The position numbers and the translations under genes are program-made. This document shows, in pieces, positions 31,290-41,281 of a DNA stretch of 64,000 bases (within the stretch, counting starts at the first letter, position 1; every line of letters begins with the position of its first letter). The stretch covers positions 160,001 through 224,000 of the forward strand of contig CAWDTA010000005.1 of the NCBI GenBank assembly GCA_963805085.1. The letters run 5' to 3'. The DNA is from an uncultured Veillonellaceae bacterium. Its GTDB lineage: Bacteria; Bacillota; Negativicutes; JARBTT01. Below the pieces are notes generated by a model, which did not search any database, was not told where the DNA came from, and worked only from the letters and a program-made list of their open reading frames with translations.

Positions 31290-31802
31290 ATGATGTTAAT
31301 GATGAAAAAAAGTATGATCGTTTTCATTTTGGGGGTTTGTATAGTTTCAACGCAACCTACAGCCTTTATGCAAGAGCAAACGGTACCAGGTGCGGAGAGT
31401 GGTGATAAAGCAAAAAAAGAAGGTGTGCAAGGAAAAGCACCAGAAGAATTTATTATCACCAAAGCAGATCAGAGCCATACAATAAAAGTAAAACCGAATG
31501 ATACGCTGCAGCTCCGTTTATCTGAAAATCCAAGTACAGGGTATACATGGAAATTTAGTAATTTTGATGATCGTTATTTTGATATACTCAATATAGAAAG
31601 CTTTATACCGAATAATTTAATGCCAATGGTCGGACAACCGGGATTAAAGGTGATTACGCTAAAAGTCAAAAAGGTGGGAACTTCGACGATTGATTTACTA
31701 AATTATCGCGATTGGGAAGGTGCTAGTAATGCGATTGATCAGTTCTCGGTGACAGTAACTGTTGTGGATAAAGTTGAAGATGAGGTAAAGGAAGAAAAAT
31801 AG
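31290..31802 (+). CDS. Secreted chagasin-family (I42) cysteine protease inhibitor
   Basis: Signal peptide; LSENPSTGYTW, VGxPG and YR.WE loops. Start codon uncertain. Confidence 0.82.
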   Translation: MMLMMKKSMIVFILGVCIVSTQPTAFMQEQTVPGAESGDKAKKEGVQGKAPEEFIITKADQSHTIKVKPNDTLQLRLSENPSTGYTWKFSNFDDRYFDILNIESFIPNNLMPMVGQPGLKVITLKVKKVGTSTIDLLNYRDWEGASNAIDQFSVTVTVVDKVEDEVKEEK

Positions 31803-32005
31803 TTTATGTTTGTAATAAATGAACTAAAACGAAAATCTGCAAGTCAGCAAGCGGCGAATCTCTTAAACCCCCTGCGGCCAAATAAAAAGCTTCCAAAGAG
31901 TTCTAATTGTTATTTTAAAACCTACTACTATATAGGTATAGACCGTGAAATTAAAAAAAATTGCGGAATGCTAATAAGAAGAGTATAATACTTACTATAT
32001 TAAAT

Positions 32006-32081
32006 GGGATTGTAGCGCAGCGGTTAGCGTACCTCGTTGACATCGAGGTGGTCGGAGGTTCGATTCCTCTCAATCCCACCA
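32006..32081 (+). tRNA. tRNA-Val(GAC)
   Basis: 76-nt cloverleaf: acceptor GGGATTG/CAATCCC, anticodon arm CCTCG-TTGACAT-CGAGG, T-loop TTCGATT, encoded CCA; two hairpins follow (32096-32164). Confidence 0.97.
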
Positions 32082-32181
32082 TTAAAAGTTAAGTTAAGCC
32101 TTCCGAATTTTCGGGAGGCTTTTGTAGTATGAGCCTACTTGCAACTTGGGTAAGTAGGCTTTTTGATATATTAAAATTAAT

Positions 32182-32232
32182 TACTTATAAATACTTAAAA
32201 TAGTTGAAAAAATACTTATAAGTACTTATAAT
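32182..32232 (+). promoter_or_regulatory. Sigma-A promoter overlapped by four TACTTA direct repeats (putative DeoR operator)
   Basis: TTGAAA(32204)-17-TATAAT(32227); TACTTA at 32182, 32192, 32213, 32223. Confidence 0.7.
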
Positions 32233-32280
32233 AAAACTATGATATGAATTGATAATAAATTGAGTGGAAAGGATGAGTTG

Positions 32281-33036
32281 ATGTATCAGGAGGAGCGACT
32301 TGTAAAAATATTGGAATATTTAAATGAGCATAATTATATGTCCATTCATAGTATTTGTGATTTTCTGCAGGTTTCAAGGGATACTGCTAGGCGAGATATC
32401 TTAAAACTTATTGAACAAAAAGCGGCAATACGTACGCATGGTGGAATTAGTTTACCTATTTTAATAAATACCATCCAAGCATATAGACAGCGGTTACAAT
32501 CGTATTCAGAAGAAAAAAAGTTGATTGCACAAAAAGCGTTGGAATTTATTCAAGAGTCGGGCCATTATTTTTTCGACGTTTCGACAATCGTACGATTTTT
32601 AGCGGAAGAGGTTAATCAAAATATTTGGGTACTTACGCATTCGCTAGATAATATTGAAATACTTTCGGAAAAAGTAGCGGTAAATACAAATTTAATCGGC
32701 GGTTGTCTTCATCATAAAAATAGATTTTTTTACAAACCAGGCTGTACAGAGTATTTTACGGATTTGAGAGTTGATATTGCATTTTTAGGTGCAGCAGCGA
32801 TTGCGATGGATGGTATCTATTATGTCGACGAAGAAGATGCCTTTATTAAGAAGAATATAGCTAAGAAGGCGGATAAGGTAATTTTATTAGCGGAATATGA
32901 TAAGTTTAAATGCTTGAGTTATTATAAGGGGGTAAATTGGCAGCAGATTAATATCCTGATTACGAATAAAAGACCACCCGCTAGCTTTATGGAAGTGATC
33001 GAAGCAAATGATATTCAATACATCATTGTAGAATGA
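32281..33036 (+). CDS. DeoR/GlpR-family regulator, GlcR-like
   Basis: MYQEERL..IL, VSRDTARRD, RTHGG; paired with a Cof hydrolase as in Bacillus glcR-ywpJ. Confidence 0.9.
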   Translation: MYQEERLVKILEYLNEHNYMSIHSICDFLQVSRDTARRDILKLIEQKAAIRTHGGISLPILINTIQAYRQRLQSYSEEKKLIAQKALEFIQESGHYFFDVSTIVRFLAEEVNQNIWVLTHSLDNIEILSEKVAVNTNLIGGCLHHKNRFFYKPGCTEYFTDLRVDIAFLGAAAIAMDGIYYVDEEDAFIKKNIAKKADKVILLAEYDKFKCLSYYKGVNWQQINILITNKRPPASFMEVIEANDIQYIIVE

Positions 33037-33099
33037 TGTATTGGAGCGTATTTGTTTGTAAATAAAAAACGATTTTAGTCAACAAAGGAGAGTGAAAAT

Positions 33100-33912
33100 A
33101 TGATGAGTAAGTATAAAATGATATGTTTAGATATTGATGGTACTTTATTAAATTCGAGTCACCAAATTTCTGAAACTGTAAAAGAAACTATTAGGTTAGT
33201 GGCCAATAGGAATCACATACCAATTGTACTCGTATCAGCAAGAATGCCGAAAGGAATCAGATTTCTACAGAAAGAGCTGGATATTACAGCGCCTATCATC
33301 TGTTATAGTGGTGCTTTGATTTTAGATGAAAAAGGAAGCCCATTAGGAGCAGAACGTATCGATATTGCTTGCATTGAAAAAATTTATGAGGTAACGAGTC
33401 AATGGAACCTTCATATGAGTTTATATAAGGATGATCAATGGTATGTGGAATCCATTGATGTTTGGGCAAAACAAGAAAGCAAGATAACAAATATTAAGCC
33501 AACGGTGACCAGCTTTGCTACGTTATTTGATCTGTGGAAAAAAGAGGGGAGCGGGCCTAATAAAATCTTATGCATGGCAAAGCCAAAACAAATGCTGCAT
33601 TTAAAAGCAACGTTACAAATAGAAGCCTTGAATATCTATCCGTCGAAACCTACATATCTAGAAATCATGTCTAAAATGGCATCCAAGACTTCAGCCATCC
33701 AAGTGTTGCAAGATAAATTTGGAGTACATCAGTCTGAAATCATTGCCATGGGGGATAATTATAATGATATTGATATGCTAGCCTATGCAGGACTTGGAAT
33801 CGCTATGGGCAATGCGCCTGATGCGGTGAGAAAGCAGGCCAAAGAAACTACCTTAACCAATGACGAAGACGGCGTTGCAGCAGCATTGTTGAAATATGTT
33901 ATATTAGAGTAA
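33100..33912 (+). CDS. Cof-type HAD-IIB phosphatase
   Basis: DIDGTLL, SAR, GDNYNDIDML, AMGNA, NDEDGVA. Confidence 0.93.
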   Translation: MMSKYKMICLDIDGTLLNSSHQISETVKETIRLVANRNHIPIVLVSARMPKGIRFLQKELDITAPIICYSGALILDEKGSPLGAERIDIACIEKIYEVTSQWNLHMSLYKDDQWYVESIDVWAKQESKITNIKPTVTSFATLFDLWKKEGSGPNKILCMAKPKQMLHLKATLQIEALNIYPSKPTYLEIMSKMASKTSAIQVLQDKFGVHQSEIIAMGDNYNDIDMLAYAGLGIAMGNAPDAVRKQAKETTLTNDEDGVAAALLKYVILE

Positions 33913-34046
33913 TGGCAAAAAATGGCCAATTGCTCTATAATTTATTTCATGGTACAAAAAAGAGAGCTTGTTCAGGCGCCTCATCATGAGTGTCCTGAAT
34001 AAGCCCTCTTAGAAGTTGTTAAGTATTATTATTTAGCGGGAAGTGC

Positions 34047-34643
34047 TTATTTGAAAATTTTCACACGTTCATCAATCGAAATTTTTTCCTTTGCTGCTGG
34101 TTGTTCAAGTGGATTACCAAATGGCATTTGAGCAATTAACTTCCAAGAGTCTGGAATATTAAAAACAGCTTTTACTTCGTTATCAATAATTGGGTTATAA
34201 TGCTGTAAGTTAACGCCTAGACCCAAATCGGATAATGCTGTCCAGATCGCAAATTGCAACATCCCATTGGATTGGTTTGCCCAGATAGGGAAATTTTCAC
34301 TGTAGCTTGGAAACTTTTCAGCAAATTCATCGGTTACCGCTGTATCATCAAAATATAAAACGGTGCCATAACCCGCTGCAAACCCATTTACTTTTGCTTC
34401 TGTCGTTGGGAAGTTTTCAGGGGGAACAAGTTTACGAAGTGTTTCCATAACGATATTCCAAACCTTATCATGGTGCTTACTAAACAAGACAACAACACGG
34501 GCACTTTGATTGTTAAATGATGATGGAACCTCCCGGGTTAAGTGTTCGATTGTACTGATTATCGTTTCTGGTGCTACCGTAACATTGCTATCAATATTAT
34601 AAATAGTACGTCTGTTCAATATAGCTTCTGCGAAATTTCTCAT
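34047..34643 (-). CDS. Nitroreductase-family protein (Frm2/Hbn1-like)
   Basis: RRTIY, PSSFNNQS, GYGTVLYF, LQHYNP, AQMPFG. Confidence 0.92.
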   Translation of the reverse strand: MRNFAEAILNRRTIYNIDSNVTVAPETIISTIEHLTREVPSSFNNQSARVVVLFSKHHDKVWNIVMETLRKLVPPENFPTTEAKVNGFAAGYGTVLYFDDTAVTDEFAEKFPSYSENFPIWANQSNGMLQFAIWTALSDLGLGVNLQHYNPIIDNEVKAVFNIPDSWKLIAQMPFGNPLEQPAAKEKISIDERVKIFK

Positions 34644-34691
34644 TATTTTTCATACTCCTTTTTATTATGATCTATTCAGTGATCAATTGTA

Positions 34692-35129
34692 TTATTTCAG
34701 GAAACCTAACTTGGCATCTAAGCTAAATTTACCTGGGCCAATCGCGATTGCAGCTAAGAATGAAGCGCCATCCTCTAGCGATTGGGAGGCTTTTGGGAGT
34801 CCTTTCTCTGCGAGCATTTGCGTTAAAAAAGCAACCATCATATTGCTGAATAATAAAAAGCTAGCGATACGATAAAACAAACCCAATACAAAACAAATAC
34901 CACCAACAAATTCAGATATTGCGGACAAAAAGCCAAACATTGCCGGAGCGAAGGTGATGCCTACGACACTTAAAGATTTTCCTAAGCCCGTCCAAACCTC
35001 TACACCGCCCATGATTTTAGGAAAGCCATGCCAAATAAACATGCCACCTAAGATTATGCGGAAGATCAAAAGAGCGTAGTCTTTTTTTTCATAGAGAAAT
35101 AAATTTAAATTTTTAACAATATATTGCAC
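34692..35129 (-). CDS. DoxX-family membrane protein
   Basis: RIILG..FIWHG..K, EFVGG, GPGKFSLD; GTG start inferred from SD AAAGGAG. Confidence 0.88.
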   Translation of the reverse strand: MQYIVKNLNLFLYEKKDYALLIFRIILGGMFIWHGFPKIMGGVEVWTGLGKSLSVVGITFAPAMFGFLSAISEFVGGICFVLGLFYRIASFLLFSNMMVAFLTQMLAEKGLPKASQSLEDGASFLAAIAIGPGKFSLDAKLGFLK

Positions 35130-35301
35130 AATATGGTCTCCTTTCATTAGTGAGAATGCGGTGGAAAAAGTAGTATTATTATTATATTTTACAGGAAAAA
35201 TATTACTTTGCTTAGTAAAATGTTAACATTGTAATATTTATATAGCAAGTAGGCACTTATTTGTTGTATAGTATAAAAGAGGATACCAACTTAGGAGAAA
35301 A

Positions 35302-35703
35302 ATGATGAATAAAATTGAAAAAATTAATGATTCTGACCAGTGTAGTGATGCCCATGAACATGCTATTTGCCCGATGGTATTAGTGCAACGAATTTTATCA
35401 GGCAAGAGGAAAATTTTAATTTTATGGTATTTGAGTCATCAAGTGCTTAGATTTAGCGAATTGAAACGAGATTTGCCAGATGTTACGCAAAAAATGCTCA
35501 CTTTACAACTCAGAAGTTTGGAAGAAGATAAGTTGATTTATCGAAAAGTTTATCCAGTCATTCCTCCAAAGGTAGAATATGGTTTAACGGAGGCTGGAAA
35601 AAAAATCATTCCGATTCTGGAAATGATGCATCAATTTGGTGCGAAATATTTGCAGGCTGGATTATATGAAAAAGACAGGAAAATAGATGGAACAAGGAAA
35701 TGA
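35302..35703 (+). CDS. HxlR-family winged-helix regulator
   Basis: CP motif, RFSELKR, TQKMLT.QLR.LE.D, YP..PPKVEY.LT; divergent from doxX-nitroreductase. Confidence 0.92.
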   Translation: MMNKIEKINDSDQCSDAHEHAICPMVLVQRILSGKRKILILWYLSHQVLRFSELKRDLPDVTQKMLTLQLRSLEEDKLIYRKVYPVIPPKVEYGLTEAGKKIIPILEMMHQFGAKYLQAGLYEKDRKIDGTRK

Positions 35704-35910
35704 TGAAATATGAAAGTTATCTGTTTTTAAATATACCATATAAAAGAAAGATACGTTTTTTGTATGTATGATTTTATGGGGTATATTTTTTTTTGCGTAA
35801 GTTTATTTTAGTCATGGTTTTGTCATATAGTTCATGTAATATGAATCTATAATATAAATTTAGAAAGGATTATATTATAAGAGCATTAAAATATGAAGGT
35901 GGAGTATGTT

Positions 35911-36252
35911 ATGAAAAATTTAACTAAGAAAATAATGATATTTTCAATGGTAGGTATGATGCAAGTTGGGTTTGGCGCAGCCATATCGGAAGCCTCTCCG
36001 TTACATACTGAAGATTCGCATAGATTTATACAGTTTGATGATAGGCATGATGACGACCATTGGCGGCAACATGAGCACGATGAACGGTTACGTAAAGAAA
36101 ATGAACGATATCGGCACGAAATGGAGAGACGTCATCATGAGAGTAGATGGGCGTGGCACGAAAGACAGGAAAGAGAAAGACAACAACATGAAGATAACTT
36201 GCGTGAAATTGGAGCTCTATTAATTGGTATCGCAATTGGATCGCAGTCATAA
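35911..36252 (+). CDS. Secreted His/Arg/Glu-rich hypothetical protein
   Basis: Signal peptide ending SEA; charged helical core with 11 His; hydrophobic C-terminus IGALLIGIAIG. Confidence 0.75.
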   Translation: MKNLTKKIMIFSMVGMMQVGFGAAISEASPLHTEDSHRFIQFDDRHDDDHWRQHEHDERLRKENERYRHEMERRHHESRWAWHERQERERQQHEDNLREIGALLIGIAIGSQS

Positions 36253-36312
36253 AATATTGGCTAGAAATGCGATGGAAAATCTATAGAATACTATGAGAAT
36301 AAAGAAATGACG

Positions 36313-36350
36313 AAAGGTGCCTATCTCAAAATTTTGAGATAGGCACCTTT
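36313..36350. terminator. Spacerless 38-bp perfect palindrome / terminator
   Basis: AAAGGTGCCTATCTCAAAA|TTTTGAGATAGGCACCTTT. Confidence 0.75.
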
Positions 36351-36477
36351 TACGTTATACCCTATTGGGTATGTGTGGTAGCGATTTTCTTTTTTTTATG
36401 GTAAACTTTAGTTGTAATATTTGGTTGTTTTTTACTATACTTAATTTATTCTAAATTATACTATAAGGACTGATACA

Positions 36478-37308
36478 ATGAAAGATCTTGGAATAGTAGG
36501 CTATCCAATCGGATACTCTATGTCACCACGTATGCAAAATGCAGCACTTAAAGCTTTAAGATTAGACTATACCTATATTGCGATGGCAGTAAAACCAGAG
36601 GATGTAAAAACGATTGTTATTGATTTAAAAGCGATGAAGTTTAGAGGATTTAATGTAACAATTCCACATAAAATCGCTATTATGAACTATCTTGATGAAA
36701 TCGATCAAAGTGCGAAAGTGATTGGTGCTGTAAATACTGTTGTTAATGATAATGGAAGAATGATAGGTTACAATACTGATTATCTAGGATTTGTAGCCCC
36801 TCTTAAAGAGATGAATTTCTCAATGGGAGATAAAAATGCAGTTGTACTAGGTGCGGGTGGTGCTGCAAGAGCGGTTCTTTGGGGGCTAATCAGTGAAAAA
36901 GTCAGCAATATAACCGTTGTAGGTCGAAATGTGGAGAAGCTTAATATTCTACGTGATCAGTTCAAGGAATATTTTGAAATTGAAATCATTGAGTGGAATG
37001 ATAATAAATATGCAGAGCGAAGCAAAACTGCAGATATTATCGTGAATGCTACGCCAATCGGTATGTATCCAAAGATTGATGCTTGTCCGCCAATAGATTG
37101 GACCTGCGTAAATAAAAATGCTTTAGTTTACGATTTGATTTATAATCCAAAATGTACGAAGTTTTTGGATCTGGCTGAACAAAACGGCAATCGAATTTTA
37201 AACGGTGAGAGCATGTTGGTAGAGCAAGGTGCTGTAGCATTTAAAATGTGGACTTCATATGATGCACCAATACAAGTGATGCATCATGCATTGGTAGATG
37301 TAAAATAA
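36478..37308 (+). CDS. aroE: Shikimate dehydrogenase
   Basis: SMSP, NVTIPHK, GAVNT, NTD, GAGGAARA, DLIYNP, MLVEQG. Confidence 0.92.
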   Translation: MKDLGIVGYPIGYSMSPRMQNAALKALRLDYTYIAMAVKPEDVKTIVIDLKAMKFRGFNVTIPHKIAIMNYLDEIDQSAKVIGAVNTVVNDNGRMIGYNTDYLGFVAPLKEMNFSMGDKNAVVLGAGGAARAVLWGLISEKVSNITVVGRNVEKLNILRDQFKEYFEIEIIEWNDNKYAERSKTADIIVNATPIGMYPKIDACPPIDWTCVNKNALVYDLIYNPKCTKFLDLAEQNGNRILNGESMLVEQGAVAFKMWTSYDAPIQVMHHALVDVK

Positions 37309-37413
37309 GTGAAAAATATGGTGAAACGATGGTAGTTTGCAGGAAGATTAATGCTTTTATCGTAAGTAATGATTTAAAAATATTTTGCAAATATAAAGAT
37401 AGAGGGTGAAATA

Positions 37414-38043
37414 ATGGTTGGAATTCAACATTTTGAAGTATTTTTTCTAGCATGTGTAATATTAATCCTAACACCTGGGACGGATACAATTTATATTCTT
37501 AGTCGAAGTGCCTGGGGAAAAAAAACTGGAGTTTACTCCGTTTTAGGAACTAGTTCGGGAATTATTACTCATACAATTTTGGCAGCACTAGGTTTATCGG
37601 TTATTTTAGCAAAATCTGCAATGGCATTTATGATCGTCAAAGTTATTGGTGCCGTTTATTTAGTTTATCTAGGGGTAACAACGTTAATTTCTAAGGATAA
37701 GAAATTAATGTGCGTAGAAAAAAGCACTGCGCATTCTTCAAAAGAAACTTTCCTTCATGGATTTTTAAACAATCTTTTAAATCCTAAAGTAGCATTATTT
37801 TTCATTTCATTTTTGCCGCAGTTTATTGATTCAACGAATGCATATGGAATTTTTCCATTTATTATTCTAGGTATGACATTTTATATGATGAGTTTAATTT
37901 GGAGCTTTGTACTCGTTTTTATTTCAGCTTGGGTAACCGAGTATTTGAAAAAAGATATTACATCTTCTAAAATGATAAATAAATTGTGTGGAATATTATA
38001 TATAGGGTTTGGGTTAAAACTCCTGACTGCAGATAATAAATAA
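37414..38043 (+). CDS. LysE/RhtB-family exporter
   Basis: TPGTD, GAVYLVYLG, NLLNPKVALFF..FLPQF. Confidence 0.92.
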   Translation: MVGIQHFEVFFLACVILILTPGTDTIYILSRSAWGKKTGVYSVLGTSSGIITHTILAALGLSVILAKSAMAFMIVKVIGAVYLVYLGVTTLISKDKKLMCVEKSTAHSSKETFLHGFLNNLLNPKVALFFISFLPQFIDSTNAYGIFPFIILGMTFYMMSLIWSFVLVFISAWVTEYLKKDITSSKMINKLCGILYIGFGLKLLTADNK

Positions 38044-38212
38044 TACTAGTTTTTACGAAATGGTATTAAAAATTAGCCTTATATAGTAAAAAGCTGTTAC
38101 CGATACAAAACAAGTATTGGTAACAGCTTTTTATTATCGCAACAAAATTAAGTTATTACATTGTAAATTTTGTATATTCATAGCAATTGTTTTTATCAAT
38201 ACGCTAAATATC

Positions 38213-39517
38213 TTACTTAATTGATTCCATAAATGCTAAGTACTGTTCCTTCGTCATTGTTGGCTGGTAGTTTTCTAGTATTTGCTCGGTTTGATTTGCA
38301 TCGTCATAGAGTAAATCGATGATGGTCATCGCCATACATTCTGCGGAGATGAGATAGGCCATTTCTGGGTCGGAAATTTTAAAATCACGTGTATGTACCG
38401 TACCTGTGACGCCACCCATCCACGGATGAATGATTGGCATTATGTGAGATAGGTCTCCCATGTCAGTGCTACCTGAGTTATGACCAAGATGCAAAGTGGA
38501 GTTTTCGCCTAAAATTTCAATCGCATTTGCTTCAAATAAATCTGTGATTTTATCGTTGTTCACAAGTGGTAAGAAGCCAGGCAGATCATTGATTTCTACC
38601 TCAGCACCGATGGCCATGGCACCACCTTTTAAGGCGCGGTTTACTTTTTCATTGGCATCTAGCATTGCGGTTACTGTTTTTGCTCTAACGTAACTTTCCA
38701 TGCGAATTTCGGCAGGAACCACATTTACTAGGTCGCCGCCTTTGGTGATGATGGGATGGAAACGCACATAATCTTCATCTTTGAAGGTTTCACGTTGAGC
38801 ATTGACAGCAGTGAGGGCAATAAGTGCGGCGTTCAACGCATTGATTCCTTCATGGGGTGCACCAGCAGCATGAGCTTCTTTACCGATGAATTTTATTAGC
38901 TTGCCGACAAAGCCATTGCTTGTACCGCCGATATCAATGAGACGTTTCGTTTCACCACTCATCGAGACATGCATCATCATTGCCATATCGACGTCATCAA
39001 ATGATCCAGTTCGAATAAGTTCTGCTTTGCCGCCAAAATATTTTAATTTACCTTGCTTACGTAAACGGTTGCGATATTCTAATTCTACATATTCTTCCGC
39101 AGGTACGGCAAAAGGGACAACATTACCATCTAGTTCATTGATTACTCCAGATTCTTTTAAACCAATTGCACACGCAACCATGGCAGCGATTTGTGCATTA
39201 TGCCCACAGGCATGTGCTGCACCAGTCGTCATATCCGCTAATGGATGGTCATGACAAACGATCGCATCTAGCTCGCCGAGAACGGCAATGGTACGGTTGG
39301 ATGACTTACCTTTTAATTTACCTTTTATACCGGTGATTGCATGATTAGCGGTATAGTCGATGTTATGTTTGGCAAAAATATCGGCAACTTTTTGGGCTGT
39401 CTTAAATTCTTTAAAGCCTAGCTCTGGTTCGCTGGCAATAGAATTCGCCAAGGCAAATATTTCATCTTTATGTGCATAAATTGCGTTGTGAATTTTTTGC
39501 TTTAATATTTCTTTCAA
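38213..39517 (-). CDS. M20D-family amidohydrolase
   Basis: PELGFKE, ELDA, HACGH, PAEE, GKEAHA...P..G.NAL, GSTDMG. Confidence 0.9.
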   Translation of the reverse strand: MKEILKQKIHNAIYAHKDEIFALANSIASEPELGFKEFKTAQKVADIFAKHNIDYTANHAITGIKGKLKGKSSNRTIAVLGELDAIVCHDHPLADMTTGAAHACGHNAQIAAMVACAIGLKESGVINELDGNVVPFAVPAEEYVELEYRNRLRKQGKLKYFGGKAELIRTGSFDDVDMAMMMHVSMSGETKRLIDIGGTSNGFVGKLIKFIGKEAHAAGAPHEGINALNAALIALTAVNAQRETFKDEDYVRFHPIITKGGDLVNVVPAEIRMESYVRAKTVTAMLDANEKVNRALKGGAMAIGAEVEINDLPGFLPLVNNDKITDLFEANAIEILGENSTLHLGHNSGSTDMGDLSHIMPIIHPWMGGVTGTVHTRDFKISDPEMAYLISAECMAMTIIDLLYDDANQTEQILENYQPTMTKEQYLAFMESIK

Positions 39518-39846
39518 ATGAACACACTCCTAAATTATAGATTGCTTTATTCAAGCTGGAATAGTTAAAATATTGCATGGTCACAATGTTTTTTAACCTT
39601 GTTTTTATTATAGCAGGATAAAAAAGATTGTGTGTATCATATGATAGTACATATTTGATTTAAAATGGCGGAAAATGTCGATTATTGTTATATTAATAGA
39701 ACAATACGTTGTTTTTTAATGAAATTATTCTTTGACAGTGTAAAAACAATATTATATACTTTAATAATCATTACTAATACAATTGTTTTTTTGTAAAAGA
39801 ATTAAAAGCAAGGATTAAAAAAAACTTGGTATAAGTGTAATGAGTT

Positions 39847-39890
39847 AGACAGTGAAGTCTTCGTCATGCGTAACGTGCGAGGACTTTTTG
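39847..39890 (+). promoter_or_regulatory. Leader terminator (attenuator) with overlapping hexaloop hairpin
   Basis: Lies between promoter TTGACA(39732)-17-TATACT and ATG 39920. Stem AAGTCTTCG/CGAGGACTT plus T-run; overlapped by AGAC-AGTGAA-GTCT. Confidence 0.6.
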
Positions 39891-39919
39891 TATTTTTATA
39901 GTAAGGAGAGAAAATGTAA

Positions 39920-40732
39920 ATGAGTTTATTGACGAATTGGAAAATCCATGTAATTGCGCTTGTTTTAGTAATCATTTCAGAAATGATTGGGATGAAGAAA
40001 ATACCAGTAGGACCAGGTGTGCTATTATTTTTACCAATGCTTTATGCTATGATCCTTGGTGGTTTTATTAGTTGGCCTAAGATGAAGGTGATTACGACTG
40101 GTCAGATGAAACATGCTACAGCCGTGCTTAGTTTATTAACGCTATTATTAGTAACAAAATTAGGCGTGGTCATTGGACCATCACTAGCAAAGCTTGCTGA
40201 AGCTGGGTTTGCATTATCAATTCAAGAATTGGGACATTTCTTTGGGACTGTTGTTCTTGGCTTGCCAATTGCAATTGCTTTAGGCTTGGGACGTGAATCT
40301 GTTGGGGCGACTTTTTCGATTGATCGGGAACCCAATATTGCAATTATCGCCGAAAAATATGGCCTTGATTCTGCGGAAGGCCGTGGGGTTATGGCAGTTT
40401 ATATTTGTGGTACTGTATTTGGTGCGATTTGGGTAGGTCTTATCGCTGGTTTCTTGGCAGCACTCCAAATTTTCCATCCTTATGCATTGGCAATGGGGTC
40501 TGGTGTTGGTTCTGGTAGTATGATGGCAGCGGCCACTGGTGCTATTGTTGCAGTATTTCCCGATCGTAAAGATGAAATTTTAATGTATGCGGGGGCAAGT
40601 AACTTACTTACAACGATGGTTGGTATTTATTTCTGTTTGTTTGTTTCTTTGCCGATTACAAATTATTTATATAAAGTACTTACACCAATACTTGCTCCTA
40701 AAAGAGTGAGAGATGGAGGTATTAGCAAATGA
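39920..40732 (+). CDS. DUF3100-family membrane protein (putative transporter subunit)
   Basis: QELGH..T, RES.GATFSIDREP, YG.DS.EG.GV, ALAM..GVGSGSMMAA. Confidence 0.85.
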   Translation: MSLLTNWKIHVIALVLVIISEMIGMKKIPVGPGVLLFLPMLYAMILGGFISWPKMKVITTGQMKHATAVLSLLTLLLVTKLGVVIGPSLAKLAEAGFALSIQELGHFFGTVVLGLPIAIALGLGRESVGATFSIDREPNIAIIAEKYGLDSAEGRGVMAVYICGTVFGAIWVGLIAGFLAALQIFHPYALAMGSGVGSGSMMAAATGAIVAVFPDRKDEILMYAGASNLLTTMVGIYFCLFVSLPITNYLYKVLTPILAPKRVRDGGISK

Positions 40733-41175
40733 ATTGGATAGAAACTATCGCCGTATTTGTTGTTGCAGGAATCTTGGCCATTGCAGCAGCAATTGTTGGT
40801 TTTAAAATTGCTGTTACAGAGGCTATCATTGGTAGTGCAATTTTAGTTTTGATTACGTTAGTTGGTATTTTAGTGGCGCGCATTATGCCAGGAAATTTGC
40901 CGATGGTGTTCTGGGTGTCGATTGTTGCGATATTATCCACTACTTCGATTTCACCTTTTGCTGCGACGGTTACGCAATATACAGCAAAAATTGATTTCTT
41001 GGCAATTTGTACTGTGGTCTTAGCTTACGCGGGGTTAACCGTAGGTAAGGATTTGGCCATGTTTAAAAAAATGTCGTGGCGAATTATCGTTGTTGCACTA
41101 GCCGTTTATACGGGTACATTCCTCTGTGCGACATTAGTTGCAGAAATTATGCTTCATTTAGAAGGTATTATTTAA
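40729..41175 (+). CDS. Small membrane partner of the DUF3100 protein
   Basis: Four to five TM helices, LAYAGL..GKD motif; ATGA overlap with the upstream gene. Confidence 0.8.
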   Translation: MNWIETIAVFVVAGILAIAAAIVGFKIAVTEAIIGSAILVLITLVGILVARIMPGNLPMVFWVSIVAILSTTSISPFAATVTQYTAKIDFLAICTVVLAYAGLTVGKDLAMFKKMSWRIIVVALAVYTGTFLCATLVAEIMLHLEGII

Positions 41176-41281
41176 ATCTCAATAAAAATATAGTTCGAAA
41201 AAGCAGTAAGGCATCGTTATGGAAAATGATGGTGCCTTACTGCTTTTTTGTATAAGTTTTTATTGCTAGGCACATATTAAT

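Noticed and set aside
31806-31988. 60-aa ORF upstream of the tRNA
   Set aside because: No SD or motifs; it overlaps the probable tRNA promoter region.
32006-41200. tRNA-Val-anchored integrative island
   Set aside because: No integrase, transposase or duplicated tRNA 3' end found by eye.
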